Part shown: positions 6,542 through 15,680 of the stretch, in pieces
Position numbering within the stretch: the first letter of the stretch is position 1
Layout: the number at the start of each line of letters is the position of its first letter
DNA from: an uncultured Bacilli bacterium
GTDB lineage: Bacteria > Bacillota_I > Bacilli_A > RF39 > UBA660
Direction of reading: 5' to 3'
Length of the DNA: 56,198 nucleotides
Assembly: GCA_947601485.1 (NCBI GenBank)
Contig: CANQGF010000001.1
Coordinates: 1 to 56,198, forward strand
Position numbers and translations under genes: made by a program
Notes under the pieces: generated by a model
Told to the model about the DNA's origin: nothing
The model's database searches: none
The model's input: the letters and a program-made list of their open reading frames with translations, nothing else

Positions 6542-9190
6542 TTACTTATTTAAAGTTCTCCTAAGTTTTAAAATTACTTCATCAGTCAATGTAAATTGAT
6601 TAATTGCATCTGATGAAATACCATTTCTTGCGGGATAATTACAAGGATTTTCATCATCATAAATTAAATTTTGTTGTTTTGCATATTTAAATATTTCCCA
6701 AGATGCAGTGCCAGGATCTTTTCCAACATTAACTTTTATACAAGGAATATTAAGCTCTCTCATTTTATAATAAATTCCATCAGCATAACGGAGAATTGCA
6801 TCAGCCATCATTGGGATAGATTCCGTATTATTTTTATCAACCCTGCTAAATTGTCCTTCTACATTATCAATACAGACAACTTTTTCTTCTTTATCATACC
6901 AAACTAATCCATCAAAAAATGTTCTATTAGCAGATGTAAAAGTGATATATCGCCAATTTAAATCTGTAATAACATGTGTTAAACGATCCTCTGCAAATCC
7001 ACCATATCTTGAACAACAATTTGTTTTTCTACCACTAAGAAAAGCTTGGGGATCATTTTTTAAATGGGAATTAAACTTCATTAAACTAGTTTTTAAATCT
7101 TCAATATTAGGAATAATTACTTTTTGTTCATCAATTAAAAGAGCTTGGTCATAAAGTCCTACAGCCCACCAAAGTTCATCTTCACTAGCACCAAATTTCA
7201 TTAATAATTGAATAAGGCGCAAGTAACGTTCGTCTTCGATTTTTGACCCAAACTTTTCTTTATCGACCTTAACATTAGTAATAGATGCCATTGCATCTAT
7301 TGGCGTTAATAATTTATTTCTCGTCCTCGTTTTTATTCTCTTTTCTGGTCTATTTTCAAGAACTTCATCAAATCTTTCAAATAGTTCGCCAGTCATATCA
7401 ATACCAAGATCTTGTTCAATAAAAGCTTGACTATCTTTAGCATAATGTTGCATAAAAAAGTCAGCAAACTGTTTATTATAACCTTTCCTCAAATCTATTG
7501 CTCCATAAGTAGTATGAAGTTCATTAGCAGTTATTCCTTTATTTAAAAAGTATTCAATAATATAATTCAAGGCTTTTTCACTAGTTGATTCTTTACTATT
7601 AAATAGTCCTAGAATATAACCAAGAGAAACTATGCCTTCCATTTCCTCATAATTACTTGCTTGATATTCATCTTTTAAGACTTTAAGACGTTTATGATTA
7701 TTATTATAAAAATATTCATGACTTTGCTCTGCTGGTATTTTATTAATAACGGCCGATGATGGAATCCATTTTTTTGCGGTGTAAGGAAGCCATTTAAACA
7801 ATTTTTTTCGTATATCATAATTATCCAACATCATTAATAGATCTTTATCAATATCCGATAAATCTTCTCTTTCTGCAGGAGGTAACCCTAGAAGTTTCAC
7901 AAGTTTGTATATTTGTTTACGACTAAGAAGTTTTTCTTGATTTTGTTCATCATAACAAACAATATAAAATTGGTTTTCAAATAAATTACCGTAATCTTTA
8001 AAACTATAACCATTTCGCATACACACAATAATCATTTTTAATATATTAACCAATTCTTTGCGAACAACAAATCGTTCTTTACCACTAGGATCAACAACTT
8101 TTAAATATTCTTGATTCATATTAAATAAATTATCGTTATCTGGAAAAGAAAAACCTAGATCTAAACCTTTTTTAATTATTCTAAACCATTCTGCAGAGAT
8201 AGATAATAATACATCACGCTTAATTGTTAAGTTATATTCCCTGCCAAACGTGCATCTTAAGCCAATATTTTTTACTCTTTTATCACAAAGATCAATAATA
8301 TCAGGGATTTCAAAACCTTCTTTCTTAAGGTTTTCCAATACATTAACATATTTAGTTAAGTCTGATTCTACATAACAACGATTAAAAATAATTTCTTTTT
8401 TATTAGAATCAATTAAAGTAATTTTATCACATTTTGAAGCAAATATATGGGCAGGATTTAAAAATTTATAATTATTTCTTTTTAAAAAATATACTAAACT
8501 TAATAAATTATTACTCATTTCACGAGCAAAGGCTTTATTTAATACCAATGTATTTTCACCATTGTTCTGTTTAAATACAATATTTTTTATAGATTCATTA
8601 AATAAGCTCTCTAATTCTGGAAAATCATAACCTTGACGAACTAAATAATGAACTGTTCTATAAAGCTTACCATCTATCATTTGGAATTTTTTTTCTTTAT
8701 ATTCATGCCAATAATGGTATTCTTTAGCATAATTATACGAAAATCTATAATACAAATCATCTTTATTAGGTATAAATACATAAGTATCATTTTTATCATA
8801 ACAAAATGACATAAGCATTTTAGTATTGTTATTTGGACTAGGAAGTTTTGCTATTCGTTCATCACTAAAATAACTCCCATATTGATTTTTAATTTCAATC
8901 TTTGGCATACCATATACGATTTTTGTGATACCTTTAATGAATTCATGTGGATCATCGTAAGGCTCAACGTGCCCATGGATGTAAAAATTTGTAATTTCAT
9001 TATTAGTTAGCCCCAAATCAATTAATGCATCTAATATCCCAAATAACCCCATTTGTTTCATAGTAAGAATAGGGTCTATATAATATAGTAAATGAAATAT
9101 TTCCTTGATAACATATGTATCATTGCCTTCAAATTGTAATAAAAATGCTTGGTCTTTTAAATCGTTATCTTGGTAATTTTCTCCTAACAT
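6542..9190 (-). CDS. Large hypothetical protein (882 aa) with four degenerate internal repeats
   Basis: Start moved to the ATG at 9190, 6-7 nt after GAGGGAG (the tracked start at 9235 lacks an RBS). Repeats begin G[YF][DES]F[PK]D..LF. No family recognised. Confidence 0.8.
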   Translation of the reverse strand: MLGENYQDNDLKDQAFLLQFEGNDTYVIKEIFHLLYYIDPILTMKQMGLFGILDALIDLGLTNNEITNFYIHGHVEPYDDPHEFIKGITKIVYGMPKIEIKNQYGSYFSDERIAKLPSPNNNTKMLMSFCYDKNDTYVFIPNKDDLYYRFSYNYAKEYHYWHEYKEKKFQMIDGKLYRTVHYLVRQGYDFPELESLFNESIKNIVFKQNNGENTLVLNKAFAREMSNNLLSLVYFLKRNNYKFLNPAHIFASKCDKITLIDSNKKEIIFNRCYVESDLTKYVNVLENLKKEGFEIPDIIDLCDKRVKNIGLRCTFGREYNLTIKRDVLLSISAEWFRIIKKGLDLGFSFPDNDNLFNMNQEYLKVVDPSGKERFVVRKELVNILKMIIVCMRNGYSFKDYGNLFENQFYIVCYDEQNQEKLLSRKQIYKLVKLLGLPPAEREDLSDIDKDLLMMLDNYDIRKKLFKWLPYTAKKWIPSSAVINKIPAEQSHEYFYNNNHKRLKVLKDEYQASNYEEMEGIVSLGYILGLFNSKESTSEKALNYIIEYFLNKGITANELHTTYGAIDLRKGYNKQFADFFMQHYAKDSQAFIEQDLGIDMTGELFERFDEVLENRPEKRIKTRTRNKLLTPIDAMASITNVKVDKEKFGSKIEDERYLRLIQLLMKFGASEDELWWAVGLYDQALLIDEQKVIIPNIEDLKTSLMKFNSHLKNDPQAFLSGRKTNCCSRYGGFAEDRLTHVITDLNWRYITFTSANRTFFDGLVWYDKEEKVVCIDNVEGQFSRVDKNNTESIPMMADAILRYADGIYYKMRELNIPCIKVNVGKDPGTASWEIFKYAKQQNLIYDDENPCNYPARNGISSDAINQFTLTDEVILKLRRTLNK

Positions 9191-9370
9191 ACATGCTCCC
9201 TCATTTGTAAAAATTATTATACACTTTTTAATCACTAAGTCAATTGATAATCAATAACCTTATTTACGCAAAATCTTATTATATTTCATTTTCATAACTA
9301 ATTAAAAACCCATAACAGCAAATGTTATGAACCTATATTAATAAAATCGCAAAAGTGCGACTTTCAACCT

Positions 9371-9688
9371 TTATGGGGGCCTAAAGGAAGAGGTACGACA
9401 ACTTTTAATCCATTTTTGGGGTGATATTTTAAATTTATTACTACCAGCTTCATTTTTAAACGCGTCGAATTCGACACCTTTGAAATTTTCATTATTTAAT
9501 TTTTCTCACAATCCTAAATAAGCAATAACATCCTTATTACGCATCAGTTTTGAATAGGATATCTTGGATCATCTTCATCGGCATATCTAGCCAAATCTAT
9601 AAGCGAAATATATTCCTTATTTCCTATTCGCATAACATTAATTATTATTATTCACATTAATTTCTGATTTTATTATTTCTTTCTTCAT
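9371..9688 (-). pseudogene. Decayed KilA-N domain gene
   Basis: The minus strand reads MKKEIIKSEINV.. / ..GNKEYISLIDLARYADEDDPRYPIQN / MRNKDVIAYLGL*EKLNNENFKGVEFDAFKNEAGSNKFKISPQKWIK. This matches the conserved core of Firmicute KilA-N proteins as I remember it. It is broken by at least two frameshifts and a TGA at the conserved Trp, and truncated after about 100 codons. Confidence 0.7.
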
Positions 9689-9775
9689 ATTTTCCCTTTA
9701 ATCACTAAAATTTTTTTATCATAAATTGAAGTATATTAAAACTCGAACCATAAAAGTCCGAGTTTGGTATCTATC

Positions 9776-9861
9776 TGGTGCAGGTAAAGGGACTTGAACC
9801 CCCACGGATTGCTCCACTAGATCCTAAGTCTAGCGCGTCTACCAATTTCGCCATACCTGCA
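9776..9861 (-). tRNA. tRNA-Leu (anticodon UAG)
   Basis: 86-nt class II tRNA on the minus strand. Anticodon loop ct-TAG-ga, long variable arm, encoded CCA. Confidence 0.93.
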
Positions 9862-9869
9862 AATTTATA

Positions 9870-9946
9870 TGGTGGACCTTATAGGACTCGAACCTATGAC
9901 CGCCCGGTTATGAGCCGGATGCTCTAACCAACTGAGCTAAAGGTCC
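9870..9946 (-). tRNA. tRNA with CAU anticodon (elongator Met or lysidine-type Ile2)
   Basis: 77-nt cloverleaf ggaccttt...aaggtcc-a-CCA with loop ct-CAT-aa. The CTCATAACC context resembles Ile2-type tRNAs, but identity cannot be settled by eye. Confidence 0.9.
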
Positions 9947-9957
9947 ATTACCAACTA

Positions 9958-9986
9958 ATAATACCATAATTATTCATTAATCGCAA
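9958..9986 (-). promoter_or_regulatory. Promoter of the tRNA-CAU/tRNA-Leu pair
   Basis: Minus strand: TTGCGA (9986-9981), 17 nt, TATTAT (9963-9958), about 12 nt upstream of the tRNA 5' end. Confidence 0.5.
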
Positions 9987-10069
9987 TATATTTTATGCAT
10001 AAATGAGCTAATAAATGAAAATAAGATAATCATGTTACCGTATGATTACCTTATTTTATAGACTCTTAA

Positions 10070-10489
10070 TTATTTATTTTGTAATAAATTTAATAAATCA
10101 ATCTTAAACATATCTTTCGAAGCATTAGCTTTAGAAATCATAATACCTTTATAAGTACCTAATTCTGATTTATGACCTTCTAAAAGAATATCTTCTGGTG
10201 TAATAGTTTTTAACATTACAGTTTTTTCATTTTTATAAATAGTATAAATTAATTTTACTTCTCCATGCACTTTACTAAACATATCGTCGCTTTTTAATTT
10301 TAACTCATAAGTTTCTGTACCTAATTTCTTATTTTGCGATACTTTTTCTCCTAAAAATTCACCATTTCTTAAAGCTGGATATGCAGAAAACATAAGTTCT
10401 TTATAAGCTAACATATTATATTTTTTTAACGATCTTTCTAATTTATTAAATTCGTTTTCATTAATATAATCTAATACATAACCTTTCAT
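10070..10489 (-). CDS. Hypothetical protein (139 aa)
   Basis: ATG at 10489, 8 nt after AAGGGGG. Hairpin taatcat/atgatta plus T-run downstream (about 10024-10050). No family recognised. Confidence 0.7.
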   Translation of the reverse strand: MKGYVLDYINENEFNKLERSLKKYNMLAYKELMFSAYPALRNGEFLGEKVSQNKKLGTETYELKLKSDDMFSKVHGEVKLIYTIYKNEKTVMLKTITPEDILLEGHKSELGTYKGIMISKANASKDMFKIDLLNLLQNK

Positions 10490-10596
10490 AAATATAACCC
10501 CCTTAATATATGACAATTATATCACAAAACTTCATAATTGTCAAATTTGTGTCTACCCTGAATTTCTTATGTGCTTAGATTATACAATATTTTCTT

Positions 10597-10872
10597 TCAT
10601 TTGTCAACATTTAATTCAACCACTGTACACCCTGGATTAAAAAAACCGGAATAAAAATTTAAAACTCTTTTATCTTTTTTGAGATAAGTATGCGTAGTTT
10701 CCTTTAATATCCCACTGCCGCGTCCATGAATAATAACAATATTTTTATTTTTTAACTTTACATTATCTTCGATAAAACTATTTAAAGGAGCAATCATAGT
10801 GTCCCGTGTTTCACCATGCAAATCAAGACTAGGATAACTATTAATAAATAAATCATCATTATACTTGTTCAT
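10597..10872 (-). CDS. Smr-domain protein
   Basis: LDLHG...VIIHGRGSG motifs typical of the Smr/MutS2 C-terminal domain. Confidence 0.8.
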   Translation of the reverse strand: MNKYNDDLFINSYPSLDLHGETRDTMIAPLNSFIEDNVKLKNKNIVIIHGRGSGILKETTHTYLKKDKRVLNFYSGFFNPGCTVVELNVDK

Positions 10873-11773
10873 AATATTTTTTTACTTCATCTAATTCTGG
10901 AAAAGAATTCTTACTTCCCACATTACGTACTGAAAGACCTGCCGCAACATTAGCAAATTTAACAGATTGTTCGATATTTCTGGTTTGTAAATACTGATAA
11001 GCAAAAGCCCCATGGAAAATATCGCCAGCTCCGGTTGTGTCCTTAGCATCTATTTTTAAAGCTGGAATTAACTTAATATGACCATCAACAGAATATAATG
11101 CTCCATCAGCTTCCAAAGTAACAATAATTTCTTGTTTCATAAATCGTTTCTTTAAAGCTTGGTATAAATCCGCAATAGTTTTCGTATCGCCAGACACAAT
11201 CTTAACTCCACTAACTTCTTCAGCAAATTCTTTAGAACAAATAATAAAATTAACTTTACTGCATAAATCTAAAACTTCTTTAGTTACTCTTCCCGCATCT
11301 AAAATACTAACTGCTGTTTGACAACTCTTTAAAGTCTTAATAGCAGTTGGATATTCAAAACCATCTAACATTATCATATCAATAGGAATTTTATTATAAT
11401 CATTTTTCTTAATTGGGGCCAAATCAGATTTTTTAGATAAAATAGTACGACTTTTAGTTTGCGGATTTAAAATAATATAAGAAACACTCGTTTTCTTTTC
11501 ATAATCCGTTTCTAAAAAATCCATATTAACTTTAAAATTATTAAACTCTTTTTTTATTTTTTCACTATTAGAATCATAGCCAACTACTCCACAAATATAA
11601 GGTTCAGCTTTCCATTTTCCTAATAAACACGCCGAATTAGCAACCGTTCCTCCACCATTTTCTACTATATTATTAATTTCATTTCGCGTATTTTCAACAG
11701 GATAGCCACTCATTTCTAATGTTACATCAAAAGCGACATGACCAATACACAAAACTTTCATACTAACTCTCAT
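10859..11773 (-). CDS. PfkB-family carbohydrate kinase (ribokinase-like)
   Basis: GGGTVANSA N-terminal motif and DTTGAGDIFHGAFAY C-terminal signature. RBS GGGTGAG. Confidence 0.85.
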   Translation of the reverse strand: MRVSMKVLCIGHVAFDVTLEMSGYPVENTRNEINNIVENGGGTVANSACLLGKWKAEPYICGVVGYDSNSEKIKKEFNNFKVNMDFLETDYEKKTSVSYIILNPQTKSRTILSKKSDLAPIKKNDYNKIPIDMIMLDGFEYPTAIKTLKSCQTAVSILDAGRVTKEVLDLCSKVNFIICSKEFAEEVSGVKIVSGDTKTIADLYQALKKRFMKQEIIVTLEADGALYSVDGHIKLIPALKIDAKDTTGAGDIFHGAFAYQYLQTRNIEQSVKFANVAAGLSVRNVGSKNSFPELDEVKKYYEQV

Positions 11774-11856
11774 AATTACTCACCCTTCTACTCTATCTAA
11801 ATTATATAAAATAACTCTAATTTTTTCAATAAAATAAGCACCGTTTAAATACGATG

Positions 11857-12285
11857 CTATAAAAATTTCTTTAAATCGTCTAAATTATTTTGTTCTGTTT
11901 CTAATAATTTATTAGCTAAAGAAACAATCTCTTCATCTTTTTCTTCATAATTATTTAATTTCTCCGTTATTTCAATAATTCCTTTATTTGAACCTTCCAT
12001 CATCATCTTTGCTAAATTAGAAGTAGAACAATCAGTCATAGTTTTCATTTTAACCATCATATAACTACTCATCTTTGCCATTTTATTTAATTCTTTTTGC
12101 TCTTTACCATATTTCTTTAAAATTTGAATAGCTTCATTACAAATATTTTCATAATCAGCTTTTTGTTCATTTAATAATTTTTCAAATTCCTTATCTTCTA
12201 CTTTTGTAATAATATCATCAATACCGACAATTCCCATTTGGGCATTTTGATAAATATAATTTAAAAATTCAATATGTTTATTCAT
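11857..12285 (-). CDS. Hypothetical helical protein (142 aa)
   Basis: Intact ORF, Met/Lys/Glu-rich and predicted all-helical. A hairpin overlaps the stop codon. Confidence 0.7.
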   Translation of the reverse strand: MNKHIEFLNYIYQNAQMGIVGIDDIITKVEDKEFEKLLNEQKADYENICNEAIQILKKYGKEQKELNKMAKMSSYMMVKMKTMTDCSTSNLAKMMMEGSNKGIIEITEKLNNYEEKDEEIVSLANKLLETEQNNLDDLKKFL

Positions 12286-12429
12286 TTTTCTTCACCATTT
12301 ATATAATTTCCTGAAAAACTAATTTTATACTCTTTTACTTGACTTAATTTCCCGCAATTTTATCTTTCATATTGCCTTAACCCCTAAATTTATTATATAA
12401 TAATAGAAGAATAAAAGGATGGGTGCTAG

Positions 12430-13770
12430 ATGATTAGAGAATTCGACTATGAAAATTTACCAATCGTTGATATCGTTAATGAAATTCTTGTCGATGCAAT
12501 CAAAAAGAATGCTTCCGATATTCATTTTGACCCAACCGAAAAAGGTTTACGTATTAGAATGCGTATTGATGGTTTATTAGTTGATTATTCCAAAGCTCCT
12601 CCTAGTGTCCAAAAAAACATGATAACTCGTATTAAAATATTAGCTGGTATGAATATTACCGAATCTCGTCTTCCTCAAGATGGTGCTATCAAAAATGAAC
12701 TTGAAGGATATGATTTAGATTTACGTGTATCTTCTCTTCCTATTTCAGATGGTGAAAAAATAGTTATTCGTATCTTAGACTATACAATGAGCCTTAAAGG
12801 TTTAGATAAAATAGATTTTACCGAAGAAAATTTAGAATTAGTAAATAGTATGATTGCTACTCCTAATGGGATTATCCTTGTAACAGGAGCTACTGGTAGT
12901 GGTAAATCTACAACAGTTTACTCTATTTTACAAAGATTAAATAAGCCAGAAACTAATATTATTACTGTTGAAGACCCCGTCGAAATGAAAATTGAAGGAA
13001 TTAATCAAGTTCAAGTTATGTCAGAAATTGGTATGACTTTCGGTGCAGCTTTACGTAGTATTTTAAGACAAGACCCTAATATCATTATGATTGGCGAAAT
13101 TCGTGATGATGAAACTGCTCGTATAGCTGTTCGTGCTTCCATTACCGGTCACTTAGTATTATCTACTATCCATACCAATAACTCCTTAAATACAATTGAA
13201 AGACTTTTAGATATGGAAGTAGAAAGATATCTTTTGGGTTCGGCTTTAGAAGGTATTATTTCTCAAAGATTAGCACGTAGACTTTGTAATCATTGTAAAA
13301 AACCACAAAAAGCTACGGAATACGAAAAAAAAGTTATTAAAAAAGCAATTGGTATAGACGTTGATGAATTATATGTTCCTGTTGGCTGTGATGAGTGTAT
13401 CGGCGGCTACAAAGGTAGAATTGCAATTCATGAAGTTTTAAAAATTAATCAAGATATTAGAGATGCTATTACTTCTAATATATCAAAAAAAGATTTCCGC
13501 GTATTAGTTTATAGTAAAGCTGGTGTTTCTACTCTTTTACAAGATGGACTAAAAAAAGTAGTAGCTGGTGATACAAGTTTTGAAGAAATATTAAAATTAA
13601 TTGATATTAACGAAGACTACGTTGGTGAAGAAACAGATGACTTAAAAGCAACACTAATGGGTAAAGACCACAATTCACCTGTAAATGAAGAAGAAATAAT
13701 AGAAGCTCCTCAAGAAGAAACTAAAAAAGAAGAAAACAAAAAAGAAGATATTGAAGTTTTAGACCTTTAA
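12430..13770 (+). CDS. Type IV pilus / T2SS assembly ATPase (PilB/GspE/ComGA family)
   Basis: Walker A GATGSGKST, Asp/His boxes (IMIGEIRD, LVLSTIHTN), tetracysteine CNHC...CDEC. It has an acidic/Lys-rich C-terminal tail and lacks the long N-terminal GSPII domain. Confidence 0.9.
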   Translation: MIREFDYENLPIVDIVNEILVDAIKKNASDIHFDPTEKGLRIRMRIDGLLVDYSKAPPSVQKNMITRIKILAGMNITESRLPQDGAIKNELEGYDLDLRVSSLPISDGEKIVIRILDYTMSLKGLDKIDFTEENLELVNSMIATPNGIILVTGATGSGKSTTVYSILQRLNKPETNIITVEDPVEMKIEGINQVQVMSEIGMTFGAALRSILRQDPNIIMIGEIRDDETARIAVRASITGHLVLSTIHTNNSLNTIERLLDMEVERYLLGSALEGIISQRLARRLCNHCKKPQKATEYEKKVIKKAIGIDVDELYVPVGCDECIGGYKGRIAIHEVLKINQDIRDAITSNISKKDFRVLVYSKAGVSTLLQDGLKKVVAGDTSFEEILKLIDINEDYVGEETDDLKATLMGKDHNSPVNEEEIIEAPQEETKKEENKKEDIEVLDL

Positions 13771-13887
13771 TATCTTCTTTTATTTTGAATAAGCTAAAAT
13801 TTTAGGAATACTTTTCTATAACAAAGGCTAAAGATATATATTTAACTTATTCTATATATAAACAATAAATGTTTATACCAATATTAC

Positions 13888-15645
13888 TTATCCTACAATA
13901 AATGGATTATTTTGAGACCCATCACCAGAGGTGATTTGTGTATCAGCATTTAGATTGATAACTGGCAGAACGCCGTCCGCATTGCTGACGCGGCCGACGC
14001 TGCCGTCGCTGATGAACCCATTAATGCCACCGAACTCAACGGCGCCAGACGAGTTGGAATAACGAGGCGACATTGTCCACCACCAATAACTATGATATAG
14101 GTAATGACTTTCTGGAGCATTTCCATAATACGATATTCCTGCTAACATCATCTCATCAGTGGTTAATAATCCAATCTTTGTTTTATAATATCCTCCATAA
14201 GTTTCAGTAGTATCCGGACATGTTAAATCTGGAGTATTTTCAGTATATGTTCTATTATATGTACTATAATATGTATATCCATTATCTGTATTATTTATAG
14301 TTGTATCATTACAGAAATTACTTTCAGCAATTTTTTCATCATATTTGGCTAAGTTTTCTTTATACCAATCTTCTAAAGTTGTCTTTATTGTACTATTTGT
14401 TCCTCTATTATTTGTAAAAGAGTTTGTTCCTTTATCATATGTTGTAATACACGGATTAGATTTAGTACATGAAGTACCATTTTCATATGTAAATCCTACA
14501 TATTTTTGCCTATTACTACTTTCCCCATATGTATTAAACACTTTATTATCTTTTAATTTATCATTTAAAACTATCCTTATTGTTCCATCCCCATTTATAC
14601 GAACAATACGCCATATTTGATTTGCAAATTTTATATAATTATTTGGACTACCATTATATACATAAGTTGGTCCTTTTTCATCTTGCACTAAAATAATACT
14701 GCTAATGTAGTTTTCATTAGATTTCGGTACTCTATGTTCAGTTACTTTTGTTACTTTACTACACATACCATCTGGTTCTTCATAAGTAGTTTCGCTATTT
14801 TCAATCTTATATATTCCATAATTATCTATATCAAAAACATAGTAACCATCATACCCACTATAGTCTTCTACTTCAATTGGATTTTTTAATCTATATTTAC
14901 CATTATAAGTATCAAATTCATAGTCTAAAGATACATAACCTACATCACCTAAGTCAGGACATATACTATTAACATAAAAACTATTTAAATTATCATTATC
15001 AATAGTATCCTCATAAGCAACTACCTGGTTTTTATCTACTGGTTCTCCACTTAATCCTAATATAGCATTTGTTGCCTCAGTATTTATTCCTGCAACATTT
15101 TCAATAGTAATCTTAAAAGTAAAACTTTTATTTTCTCCATCTTGTTCAGATGTCTTTTCGTCCATCCAACTTCTTATTTGAACCGTCTTAGTTTGTTTTG
15201 GTCCTACTACTCCTGTTCCGATTATATATGATGCTGTATTATTGAAATTATCTATTTGTCTAGTATCTGTTGGTGTTGCATCAGATAGTAGTTTATAATC
15301 GTTATCTACTGCTACTTTTAAATGACTATCTGCTAATGTACTTCCTGTTTGTTTATTTAGTATTACATTATACGTTGATACTGTATCACATGTATTTGTG
15401 ATTTGTACTTCATATGCATCATTTTGCATACCTTGTTCATCTTTTTGAGGAAAACCGTTATCCATAGTTATTCCCTGTCCATTTGTTTCTGCGTAGCTTA
15501 TTTCAAAACAAGCATACGTATTTTTATTTATACCTGTTTGAGTGTGTGTTCTACTCCATATGGCATAAGTAAATGTTGTTATGGCGAGTATCAACATTAT
15601 TCCTATTATAGTTATTATTGTTATTTTACGTTTTCTTTCCTTCAT
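13888..15645 (-). CDS. Membrane-anchored surface protein (585 aa), paralog of 36675-38267
   Basis: The basic N-terminus plus a single TM segment ends in the conserved TYAIWS motif. The C-terminal module carries WRIVRINGDGTIRI, TTDEMMLAG, YWWWTMSP and VLPVINLNAD, a pattern seen in lectin-like Firmicute surface proteins. RBS GGAAGG. Confidence 0.85.
   Translation of the reverse strand: MKERKRKITIITIIGIMLILAITTFTYAIWSRTHTQTGINKNTYACFEISYAETNGQGITMDNGFPQKDEQGMQNDAYEVQITNTCDTVSTYNVILNKQTGSTLADSHLKVAVDNDYKLLSDATPTDTRQIDNFNNTASYIIGTGVVGPKQTKTVQIRSWMDEKTSEQDGENKSFTFKITIENVAGINTEATNAILGLSGEPVDKNQVVAYEDTIDNDNLNSFYVNSICPDLGDVGYVSLDYEFDTYNGKYRLKNPIEVEDYSGYDGYYVFDIDNYGIYKIENSETTYEEPDGMCSKVTKVTEHRVPKSNENYISSIILVQDEKGPTYVYNGSPNNYIKFANQIWRIVRINGDGTIRIVLNDKLKDNKVFNTYGESSNRQKYVGFTYENGTSCTKSNPCITTYDKGTNSFTNNRGTNSTIKTTLEDWYKENLAKYDEKIAESNFCNDTTINNTDNGYTYYSTYNRTYTENTPDLTCPDTTETYGGYYKTKIGLLTTDEMMLAGISYYGNAPESHYLYHSYWWWTMSPRYSNSSGAVEFGGINGFISDGSVGRVSNADGVLPVINLNADTQITSGDGSQNNPFIVG
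13962..14072 (-). other. GC-rich patch of C-ending (NNC) codons inside the 585-aa gene
   Basis: About 60% G+C by hand count, against an AT-rich gene. It encodes SPRYSNSSGAVEFGGINGFISDGSVGRVSNADGVLP and contains 11 consecutive C-ending codons (ttc atc agc gac ggc agc gtc ggc cgc gtc agc). Confidence 0.9.
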
Positions 15646-15680
15646 TACATTTATTCCTTCCTATCTTTACATCTAACTCC

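Noticed and set aside
9371-9688. TGA at a conserved Trp position of the KilA-N remnant as evidence for genetic code 4 (TGA = Trp).
   Set aside because: All long genes in the window, including Trp-containing ones of 450-900 codons, are open with TGA as a stop. The same remnant also has frameshifts, so it is a pseudogene rather than a recoding signal.
13962-14072. Calling a complete diversity-generating retroelement.
   Set aside because: None of the 56 kb contains a reverse-transcriptase-like ORF (no YxDD-type protein), an Avd-like gene or a second copy of the patch. Only the variable-region-like signature can be reported.
13888-15645. The 585-aa protein (and its 530-aa paralog) as a giant type IV pilin processed by the adjacent prepilin peptidase.
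   Set aside because: There is no Gly at -1 followed by a hydrophobic helix with Glu+5, and no conserved Gly position is shared by the two N-termini. The motif after the TM helix (YAIWS) is not a class III signal. This is kept only as an open question in the pilus finding.
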